Source: Bugula neritina (Eukaryota > Animalia > Bryozoa). Taken from it: a DNA stretch of 20,719 nucleotides. This document shows, piece by piece, positions 1-9,355 of the stretch (position 1 is the stretch's first letter; each line of letters starts with the position of its first letter). A program made the translations under genes and the position numbers. The notes under the pieces were generated by a model, which worked only from the letters and a program-made list of their open reading frames with translations, was not told the DNA's origin and ran no database searches. Location of the stretch: assembly GCA_964035545.1 (NCBI GenBank), contig CAXIUT010000125.1, forward strand, positions 1 to 20,719. Reading direction: 5' to 3'.

Positions 1-81
1 CCCAACCCCAACCCCAACCCCAACCCCCAACCCCAAACCCCAAACCCCAAACCCCAACCCCCAACCCCAACCCCAAACCCC
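1..81 (+). repeat. Telomere (C-rich strand), chromosome left end; heterogeneous C4A2/C4A3/C5A2 repeats
   Basis: Parses as CCCAA, 5x CCCCAA, 4x CCCCAAA, 2x CCCCCAA and a terminal CCCC, then unique sequence from 82. C4A2 is the oligohymenophorean-type ciliate telomere repeat. Confidence 0.96.
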
Positions 82-142
82 TGAGTTTCCATGTTGTTGT
101 AATAACTAATAATAATATGACCAATAATATATCATCTTAATA

Positions 143-1206
143 TCATAAATAAGCTAAATAGTCAATATTAAAGAGTTGATAATATAGAAGCATAATCCTA
201 TAATAGCTGACATAATCAAAGGGGTCTCATGGTCGAGAGCAGAAAGTATTATTAGGTTGAACAGTTTATGGATCTAACATGTCTAAAATAATTATCAGCC
301 ACTCCTACAGGCTGTAAATTTTGCATTCCTTTTATTCATATTCAAAACTAGTCTGAATATCATTCTTAGGTGCTCCATAAGATTTTAAACTACACTGCTG
401 TCTTACCACTCGAATAAGTCAATGCTTTATCTTTCTGAGGCACCCAGCTACGTTGCGTAGATGTCTTCTCCTTCTAATCTCCCTCTTCCTTTTTATTCTC
501 ACAAAAACATAGTAGTTATTGGCTTGGACTGTCTGCTCAAGAGTAGCCTGTCTGTAGTTACCAGCTGGTCTTTGATTATTGCTATACTATGATTGCGTTC
601 TAGAGCGCAGAGAGTTGTCGACTTATGTGGGATACTTTCCTTTGAATTATGAGACGTAGTTCGTGTATTTTTAGTTTTTGTGGATGTTGTGGTAAAGATG
701 ATTTGAAATCAGAAACCATACATAAGAACTTGTCTGTCTGAGTTGGTTTATACGCTTGTCATAGGGTAAAGTTTCTGGACAGGTTTTTACTTCAGAATAA
801 GGATGAATAGATGTGCCTTTAACGCTAGATGAAGTCTTAGTAAAAGGTTTTTTTCATTTAGCCATAGCTAGATTGTTGTTAATGATTGGGATATTCTGCT
901 TTCATGACTGTCCACATCAGGTTTCTACATTATTATTGAGTTACGATTCCATCATCAAGAACGATTCTGTTAGCTGTCTCCCATTTAGTTCTTCTTTATA
1001 ATCTTGGAAGTGCTCTTTGGAAACCTCTACCGTTCAAGAGCAACGATATCTTCTTCTCTTGGTCTTGGCTATATGATGAAAATAAATACTGCTTTTGTGA
1101 GTTACTCTCTGAAGGCCTGCTTAGGGTACAATCTTTACTCGTACCAGTTTACCCATTAATGATTTTTTTGTTGAAAACCATCGCAAGTTTGTTGCACATA
1201 AGCCAT
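143..1206 (-). CDS. Probable hypothetical protein gene, frame-disrupted (boundaries uncertain)
   Basis: Higher GC than intergenic DNA. ATG at 1206 reads MAYVQQTCDGFQQKNHEWVNWYEERLYPKQAFREELTK (TAR=E). Intron-like elements at 1069-1089 (21 nt) and 925-944 (20 nt, GTAACT...TGTAG). No single frame is free of TGA, and no family was recognised. Confidence 0.35.
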
Positions 1207-1308
1207 TATGATAAAATTATTGAAATTATTGTAACTTAGATAGTTATTATTGCATTTATATCTAAATAATACTCATAGATTAATATAAATAAAGATAAAA
1301 AAACGATA

Positions 1309-1738
1309 TCAACTTCGAATATTTTGGAGAATTTTAATCTAAAAAATATCTATTACTTCTCCAGATTACCAAGTAAATTTATATTATTTTAAATCTGCTT
1401 TTTTTAATTTATTGTTCTCCTTATCGACAAGCAAATTACTTTTTGTTAGTTTTTTTATTAACTATTTAGTTTTCAACTTAATTTGTTAATTAATCGAGAG
1501 ATTATTGTATATTTTTAAAAGGTTGAACTTTGTCCTTTATCAACTTTATTTCAATTTTTATTTCATAGTTTTATTTGCCAAGTTTTATTTGTATAACATT
1601 TTTCGATTTTTAACTGCCCAGTTTATCTCTTTATTTTTATTTTTTGTTTTAAATTTTTTCATTATTTTTAGAGGATTGATCTTTGATTTTTTTTATTTTT
1701 AGAAGTATTCTTTTTTCTGTATATTTATTGTGGTGCAT
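1309..1738 (-). CDS. Possible short Lys/Glu-rich hypothetical protein, probably frame-disrupted
   Basis: Strong A-rich strand skew on the minus strand. Reads MHHNKYTEKRILLKIKKIKDQSSKNNEKIENKKEKERDK..., and in another frame ...DKENNKLKKADLKEYKFTWESGEVIDIFEIKILQNIRS-TGA (1311-1309). Confidence 0.3.
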
Positions 1739-1948
1739 TATGAATAAGTTTCTAGCTTTTCTTTGATTAAAATATGAAATTTTCAAAAAACAAACGATTG
1801 CATTCTTAGATTCTAAATATAGAGTTTTCAAATTAATCCAATAATCTTTTAAATAAGATATTTATTCTCTCAAAATAAATTAGATAAATATACAATAATA
1901 GTGTTTAAAATAAACGGTTAATAATCGAAATAATTAATCCTCCCAATA

Positions 1949-3064
1949 ATGCAAACATCAAAAAGACAATCATCAAATGCATCACCAACATCCCAATCTC
2001 ATTTACCTCCCCACCCATCCAAAAGAAATCTATAGTATGATTTAGATTCGTAACGTATCTAAAAAATATCTATAATTTATGAAAAAAAATTCTAAAAGAA
2101 CATCTAACATAATAAAGCTATCTCTTCAAAGAGAAAGATATCAAAAGAATTATATAAAATAACTAAAAACTATTCAAGTCTATCATCATAGAACGCATTA
2201 AGAAAAATCAAAATTTTGTATAAGAACTCAAATATAAAATACAAGAAAATGGTAAGAACAACATAAACTGTAAATTCATTCTCTAAAATAAAAAATACAA
2301 TAAGAAATTGAATAAAAAATCAACAACCTGGACTCAAAAAATAGTTAAAATCAATAATGATTTTTGGTAGAAAAGAACAATCATACAAAGAAGTTATCTA
2401 AAAATTAATGACTGCTCTAGCTACAGCACAAAAAAACACATCAACAACTACATACCAAATTAACCACTCAAATGCAAGCAGTCAATAAATATCTTCAATC
2501 TTTGTCATCAACCAGAAAAGATAGTCATGTCCTAGCCAATGCCATCCATACTATCGTCTAATAAATCAATTTAAGACAATAAAATTCAGTGATTTCGTCT
2601 AAATCTGGAGAATAGATCAGTTTGGATTAGATATAGCTACCTGCAGCTCAACAAGCTCAAGTAGATGAGGCGTAATCTGGTTTATAGATGGGGTAAGGAT
2701 CTCTTGAAAAGCAGATGCAGAGTTGGTTAATTCGTTTGATATGTTTTGGGACTATTTTAAAAAGAAAATGAAGATTGTCTAAAAAAGATGATCACTCTAA
2801 CTTAAAATTATCGACAACCTACATAGTTGCTATAATAGAAAATCTTTCCAGCCATTCTCTAGCTTCTAGCAACAAATATGAAAAAAAAATCAAGAGAAAG
2901 GTATTCAATATTTACAAGGTTCTTCTGGAATAAAAGAATGGTCAAATTCTCATATCGAACTTCGTAACATAGACAACCTATCATAACTATAGATCAATAA
3001 TGGATGGGGACATTTCAATAACTGAAAGCTAAAGAGGATAAAAAAAGAAATAAACTTTTTTTGA
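1949..3064 (+). CDS. Probable coiled-coil hypothetical protein, frame-disrupted (start and end uncertain)
   Basis: Protein-like segments lie in different frames, e.g. WEEQHKLEIHSLKEKIQEEIEEKINNL, SKSGEEISLDEIELPAAQQAQVDEAESG and ENEDCLKKMITLTENYRQPTELLEEKIFPAILELL. Every frame contains several TGA, so indels or unresolved introns are needed. Confidence 0.4.
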
Positions 3065-3091
3065 TTGTTTTTATTTATTTAACTATGATAA

Positions 3092-4621
3092 TCATTTCTA
3101 GTTGAGAGTTTTTTCCAAATTTATCTACAAAATACCCTATCTAACATGTGATTTATTGTTATTCCATTTTTTTGACAATAGTTTTGAAAAAAAATATTTT
3201 GGCTTTACATTTTCAACGATTGACATTTCTTCTTTACTCAAAAATTATCTCTAGTGCTCATCTTTTTGATTGTTCAAATAAAATGATGGAGTGTGATGGT
3301 CAATGTTCTCTCTTTAAGAATTTTATTTCTACCATTCTAGTCTTTCAGAAATCTTTTTAATTATAAAGATGCTGAATTTACTTAATATCTTTTTATTTCT
3401 TAAAATTTATATAGCTTTTTTCTTCTTTTTTATATGTTAAGTGGAGATTGAGGACTGAGCCTAAGATGAAGACTAAGATATTTATGATTGTTTTGGAGCT
3501 AGATCAATAGGATTGTCCATAAAAAGAAAAGTCTTGATAGTTAAATCCTCTATGAAATTAATCTTATTCTTATTAATCAGTTTTCAGGTTAAATTCTTTT
3601 TTATTTTAACAACTTTATTACTAACATCTATCTTTTGATGAGGACTAATTGATAACCTCTACTTGAAAGACATATCAGTTTTTTTTCGATGATCCAAAGC
3701 AAAAATTACTAAACTGGTGGATAAGGTTCATCTTCTACTTTATTTTGAAGTGAACTTCTACGAGAAGAAGGGTCTGTTGTCTTTATTTATGCAAACTTAT
3801 TGTTTGTGTTAAGTGTGTCTCCTTTCTTTCGAAGTCAAATCAGATAACATCTGATATACATTTTTCTGTTGATTTGGTTTTTCTTTTTTTCTATTATTTA
3901 TCTTCTTTATTTTCCTGCTAATTTTTCTCATTAATTACCGATGAAAACTTTAGGCAATACAAAATTATGATTTTTCTTTACATAGGTTTTCTTTTAAAAT
4001 TTACATTGGTTGGCTAGATTTACTCTCTTCAACTTTCTTTTATTTTTCTATTCATATCAAAAAGACTTGTCTTTTTTTAGAATAGCTGGTCTACCAGTCA
4101 AAGATGCATAAGGATCAGCTTTGTTTACATGCTGGTTTGATGTTTATGATATTTAAGTTAAAGTTGCAGGCATATTCAAATCAGATTATGATTTTTTGTG
4201 TCTATGATTTAGTTTAAATGGGCATAAAAAATTTGTTTTCTTTAGTTTTTTTATTTAAGCAGATTCCTTATACTTATTTTATTCTTTTTTCGGACTATGA
4301 GTCAACCAATATTTTTCAATCAAACGATCTAATTATTCTTTAGTATTAAAGAGGGTCATTAGTATTTTGATCAAGTCTTCTTAACATTCGAATAATAAGT
4401 TGTTTTCTGAACTAATAATGTTTCCATTTATCGATATAGTATGCCAAATTTCCCCATTAATGGATATTTTTACATTGCATACAAAATAGCAGTTTGAGCC
4501 TTAACTTTACACTCTGGAGACTGATAGGGCAGTAGTTTAAAGATCTATTGAATTACAACAGGCATGTTATTTTCCATGGGTTTAGAGGATCTGACTCATC
4601 TGGGTGTTTTAGTTTATCCAT
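3092..4621 (-). CDS. Probable hypothetical protein, frame-disrupted
   Basis: ATG at 4621 (or 4577). Protein-like segments EDLIKILMTLFNTKEELDRLIEKYW, HKKSESDLNMPATLTEISET and TTDPSSRRSSLQNKVEDEPY. C-terminus ...SHVREGILEINLEKTLNEK-TGA (3094-3092). Several frame switches are required. Confidence 0.45.
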
Positions 4622-4725
4622 TGTTATTTTAAAATAATTGGCGGTCACCACACTAATCGATTAGCTTTTAAATTAAGTTTAAAGTTTATTTTAAATATAG
4701 ATTAGTAAGATATTTAATGGTGATA

Positions 4726-5071
4726 TCAGTTTGTCATCTTCCCTTTTATCTTTATATACTTTTGGACCTTGAATGGCAATCAACATATAATCTTTATCCG
4801 GAGTAAACCATAATTTCTTCATTTCTTGTTTTTAATCCTTAAAAAGGAAAGATCGTTTAATAGGATCCAAATCTCTAACAAGACTACGAGCTTTAGCTGT
4901 AAGTAAAGAAATGTATTTAGCATAATCATCACCTTAATAGCATTTGAGTTACTTTATTTTTTGTTAAGTTCGAAGGTAGTTCGTACAATACCTCCTTGAT
5001 AGTTTACAATGAGAATTCCCTTGACAGCTGTTTTTGATTCGGTTTATTGTTTCGTCCACAAGTTATGCCAT
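4726..5071 (-). CDS. DYNLRB: Dynein light chain roadblock-type (LC7); one 20-nt intron and 4-5 apparent single-base frameshifts
   Basis: Reconstructed as MAELVDETINRIK/TAVKGILIVNYQGGIVRTTFELNKKE^SDDYAKYISLLTAKARSLVRDLDPI/NDLSFLRIK/TRNEEIMV/TPDKDYMLIAIQGPK (/ = frame switch, ^ = intron). This matches the roadblock consensus (EETLxRI...VxGxxxVNxEG...KARSxVRDxDPxNDLxFLRIRS..EIMVAPDKDYxLIVIQ). The stop position is inferred. Confidence 0.9.
4933..4952 (-). other. 20-nt spliceosomal intron in the roadblock gene
   Basis: GTAACTCAAATGCTATTAAG; removing it restores the roadblock frame. Confidence 0.75.
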
Positions 5072-5238
5072 TTAAGTTGCAATTATTATTATCATTCAAA
5101 TAAAAACTAAAACTATCAATCAACCATCTTCCCTTCCATTTTTATTCCATTCATATTGATTTGACTGAAACCTTTAAGTGAATAGTTTATTTTTTAAGTT
5201 TTATTAGATATTTTGAAAAAAGACAAACAATCATTTCA

Positions 5239-5783
5239 ATGGATATTAGTACAATACATGCAAAAAGAAAGATGATGGCCAGCTTTAATGCTCACGACTA
5301 CTAACGTCCAGGAGTTTCACCTGAATAAATAATTGACATGAAGGAAGTCTTTGATCTTTTTGATGTAGAAGCTCAAGGTTTAGTCAAAATATAAGGTATT
5401 CTATATTTCATCTAGACATGATCACTGCACTAAATACTCTAGGAAGTTAATCTAAAAGACAAACCCTGTATTTGATGCTGAAAGAGGAGATCAAGAATAA
5501 TGAAACCCATATGGACTTCATAGAGTTTTTATAGCTAATTACAAGCAGGGTATCTAGGAAAGATACTAGACGAGATATGAAGAAGATATTCAGTATGTTA
5601 GACGAAGATAAGACAGGCTTAATATCTGTGACAACATTGAAGAAGGTAGTAAGTGATCTCGGAGATAATATCGATTAATCTGAGTTAAGAGAAATGATTG
5701 AAAACGCTGATTTAGACCGAGATGGGATGGTTAATGAGGAAGATTTTTATTTGACTATGACAAATAAAAATAATAAACACTGA
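5239..5783 (+). CDS. Centrin/caltractin (ICL1-type EF-hand protein), 174 aa, one intron
   Basis: join(5239..5395,5416..5783): MDISTIHAKRKMMASFNAHDYERPGVSPEEIIDMKEVFDLFDVEAQG...LGSESKRQTLY...MDFIEFLELITSRVSRKDTRRDMKKIFSMLDEDKTGLIS...LGDNIDESELREMIENADLDRDGMVNEEDFYLTMT. Colinear with ciliate ICL1-family centrins; ends in TGA. Confidence 0.92.
5396..5415 (+). other. 20-nt spliceosomal intron in the centrin gene
   Basis: GTATTCTATATTTCATCTAG; removal is needed to keep the centrin frame. Confidence 0.9.
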
Positions 5784-6094
5784 TTATTGAAGTTATTGAT
5801 AATATGACAAGATTATCAATCAGTTATTGTTAAATTAAACTTAATCACTATTATTGATTTAAAAATAAGTGTTTTCAAGGTTAATTATTGATTATTATCA
5901 TCTTCCATAACTTTTTAAACCTTAACGGAAAAAACAAAAGTAGCGTTTTTTTTAAAAATAAAGATAGGCAAGAATATTTAGACCAAATTATCGGGTATAA
6001 AAGAGGTCAGAAGGCTTTGATTTTTATAAAATAGTTGATAAATAGTTGTCAGTATGAATTTATCACATATTAATATCGAATTAAATATGATATT

Positions 6095-6768
6095 ATGTAT
6101 AATATGTAAGAAAGTTAAGAGTTTAGTATCAATATTGAGTAGTCAATAAGTGATTAAGACCGTCTCATGAACAGAAAAAAGTATAGCCCTGTTATTGGAT
6201 AAAGTTTTGGTAAGTGGACATAAGAATAAAACGCTAAATACATTGCCTACCTTTAAGTTTATAGAGATAAATTCCGCAACAAAAAAATGCGAAGGTAAAT
6301 CATTTTTAACTTAGAATTCAAAAATTTTACAAGCAAATGTCATAATTCATCAAGACTCGTAGTTCTCTTCAATGTCGGAGTCATCACCAAAAATTATAAG
6401 CTAAATATCGTTATAGTAATAGAATTATCGCTGACTATAAAAGAAATAATGATTTAACACTTTACCATATGTAAAAATAAAGTCTTTTACTTTTTCTTTA
6501 ATCTATTAGAACTAAACTCCCTAAAAAATAAAAGCTACCTTTAGTAAACCAATCAATTGAAATTCAAACAGACTTATCAGGAACAAGCCTTCAATTCATC
6601 ACTTTTGACCAATATAAGTTGATGAATTAACAAAATAACTTCAAAATAATTGTTCCTACATATCTGACTTATGGCATGTCGAACAGCTAACAGATGAAAA
6701 CCTCAGAAAGAATAACAAGTGAAAGTTCTTTACATTATTAACCTCTTGGGAAGATGAAATAACAATGA
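6095..6768 (+). CDS. Myb/SANT-like DNA-binding protein, ~217 aa, one intron
   Basis: join(6095..6294,6315..6768): ...FGKWTEEENAKYIAYLEVYRDKFRNKKMRR^IQKFYKQMSEFIKTRSSLQCRSHHQKLEAKY... The WTxEE and TR-x3-QCRSHHQK motifs are typical of ciliate single-Myb (SHAQKY-like) proteins. Alternative starts at 6104 or 6167. Confidence 0.88.
6295..6314 (+). other. 20-nt spliceosomal intron in the Myb gene
   Basis: GTAAATCATTTTTAACTTAG; removal joins the two halves of the Myb domain in frame. Confidence 0.9.
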
Positions 6769-6994
6769 TTTTTTAAATTATGTTGTTCTTAGATATTTTG
6801 TAAAGAACCTATTCTCTTTGATCATCAATAACTACATTATTAATAGATCAATATCATTGAAAACCTTAAAAATAAGGAGATAATAATGATAATAGACCTC
6901 AATCAATATTTTTAAAAGTCTTCACTCTGATAGATTTAATAAACCTGAAACTGTATTATTACTAACAGGCTAATTTGAATTTAATATAACAAAA

Positions 6995-8205
6995 ATGAAT
7001 AATCACCAAAATGATCAATGTGCCATCTGCTCCCATCAACCAGAAGACATGTTAATCCTCTCATGTGCCCATCACCTGTGTCTTGATTGTGCCACAGAAC
7101 TCTTCACTGCCTCCCCTAATCAAAATCATCTTCAGTGCTAAATCTGCCTAGTTAATACTCCTCTTGATAACTAAACAGTTAGATGCCTAAGAGACCTTGG
7201 AAATTAAAATATTTCAAATACTCCAAGTCCTACTAAGCCTCTAGAAGTGCATATACCTCGACCTCCCAAATAAAGTAGAGGCCTATAGTGTATGGAACAT
7301 AGAGAAAAGTCTTTGTATTTTTGTTTTGATTGTCAAAATGCATAGATATGCTCTTAATGTATATTGTAGGGAGGTCATGCTGGACATAATATCATGACCA
7401 TAAAGAAATCAATGAAAAATTTATCTGACAAAATCGTAGAAAATACAAAATCATTATAATCATTGAAAATAAAGATAGCTGATGGCTGTGAATCAGTAAG
7501 AGGCTACAAATAAACATTGGTTGCAGACTATCAATAAAAACAGATGACTTTGAAAAGATTATTTGAAGTATTTATTGATTAACATAGGGAATAATGAAAG
7601 AAATAAACTAAAGATACACCTCACTCTAGAATAGCCTTCAAAATTATTCTAGAAGGTCTATCGAGATATTGGAAGGTAGAGTTTAAGAATTAAAAAGTAA
7701 AATATAGTTCATTAATCATGGTATTAGTTAGAATAAACAAAGTCTACAAAAAAGAGATCAAATATCTATTTTGAAGAGATACATTCAAATTGAATCAAAA
7801 AAAGATTTATTTTCAAGCTAAGTTGTTAATATCTATCCCAAATCATCCAAAGAACTCAATTTATCATATGAAAACTAATGCTTTAGAGACCTTTAAACTT
7901 TACTAACCAAACTAACATGGAGTGAACATTCATAGCAAGAACCTCAATTAAGATAAAACAAAATAAACTATCAAAATAATATTCATCTAGAATCATCAAT
8001 GATGGGTCTTTCCCCCGATTAATCAAAAATAGGCAATATTCCTTACTATCACGAAGACCACATCGACCGCGAATACATAAACATCGACAGCGCAAACAAA
8101 TACTCAGGAATAAAAGGTAGTTCAAGACGTTTATAGCTGAGCCGCTCAATGAACAATGCTACAAATATAATCAATCGGTTACAAGGTCGAGTGAAACGTT
8201 AATGA
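6995..8205 (+). CDS. RING finger / B-box / coiled-coil (RBCC, TRIM-like) protein, 396 aa, one intron
   Basis: join(6995..7567,7588..8205). RING-like CAIC-x10-CAHHLCLDC...CEIC; B-box CMEH-x7-CFDC-x5-CSEC-x5-HAGH; then a heptad-rich helical region. Ends CGT TAA TGA. Confidence 0.88.
7568..7587 (+). other. 20-nt spliceosomal intron in the RBCC gene
   Basis: GTATTTATTGATTAACATAG; removal gives an open frame to TGA at 8203-8205. Confidence 0.85.
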
Positions 8206-8264
8206 TATACTCTTAATATATAGCTTTTTAATGCATTATAGATTTTTACATATTTGATATAATT

Positions 8265-9326
8265 ATGATTTCTGAGTAGTGTGAATTCAAGGGAGTAAAG
8301 GGTTAGTGGCACATAACTATCACATTAAAGTAGGGGATAGTATTTATTGAAATGGTTTCTGATTTGTCAATGGAACACTATGATGCTGAAATGACATAAG
8401 ATAAAATTAAATAAGATAGAAATTTTGGATTTTTGTTCTAAAATGTATCAGATCTGTACATCTTTTTATAATCCTCTTTTTCTGAACTAAATGTAAAAGC
8501 AGGAGAAATATCAATAGTAGTTGATATGCCTCTAGGCAAGATAACAAGAAAAATGTAATTGAAGATAGTGACTCATAAAAAAGAAGTTGATTAGATGAAA
8601 CTTAAATAAATGAAAATTAACAAATTACATCTTGAAGTATAGAGTTTAAAAAAATAAAGTGGATAGCTAAAAGATAAAGTAAAATAAAATTAATAAGAAA
8701 TGATTAATCTCAAAGATGTCTTCAAGAAGTTTTAAAGAACTCTACAATAAAAAGATTAAGTTATTAATAGCATCTTCGTTGAACTTAAATAAATAAGACA
8801 ATGGAAATAATAAAAATAACAATAAGAAATTTCTAGAATGAAAAGAAAGTTTCTAGCTGATCCCACTAATCCTCACAACACCAAGTTCATTCAACTAGGA
8901 AATCGATATAAAAAGTCAGGAGGAGGATGCTGGGACCTACTCATATGCAAACACTAAATATAAAAAAATGATTTCTACCGCTACATCATCAGACAAATCA
9001 AAGCAGGCAGCGGAGGATCCTTCATGTATGGAGTCGGAACAGCAGCCATCAAAGGAGTCAATCGCGCTCAAGACAATCGATAATTTATCGGATACTATGA
9101 AAACACAGGCAATGTCTATGATAAGGGATAAAGCAAGAAAGGTGGTCCAAGAATCAAAGACGGAGAGGTCATGACTATCGAGATAGATACTAAAAACTGG
9201 ACAATAACATGGCTGGTGGAAGGAAGTAGATAGGCCTAGATATCTATAACTGGAGAGATGAGGGTAAAACCTATTTATTTGGCTTTGGTTATTTACAATG
9301 ATGATGCCGAGATATAATTTATGTGA
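8265..9326 (+). CDS. Coiled-coil + C-terminal SPRY/B30.2-like (ConA-fold) protein, 353 aa, intronless
   Basis: Open frame with no TGA from ATG 8265. Central K/E-rich coiled coil, then FMYGVGT...FIGYYENTGNVY...GPRIKDGEVMTIEIDTKNWTITWLVEG...PIYLALVIYNDDAEIEFM-TGA, which fits the SPRY beta-sandwich pattern. Confidence 0.8.
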
Positions 9327-9355
9327 TAGCTATAAGATTATTATAGTTATAGAAA

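Noticed and set aside
143-4621. TGA read as Trp (stop-less, Blastocrithidia- or Condylostoma-like code): in-frame TGAs in Trp-like contexts such as SLF-TGA-SK, YNL-TGA-KKIL and KRK-TGA-RL
   Set aside because: These occur almost only in the indel-ridden telomere-proximal zone, where the true frame is ambiguous. The intact genes use about 30 TGG and no internal TGA, including a 2277-codon frame, and TGA marks the expected C-termini.
82-5071. Subtelomeric transposon or retroelement remnant
   Set aside because: No transposase or reverse-transcriptase motifs, terminal repeats or target-site duplications were recognised, and the region includes a housekeeping roadblock gene.
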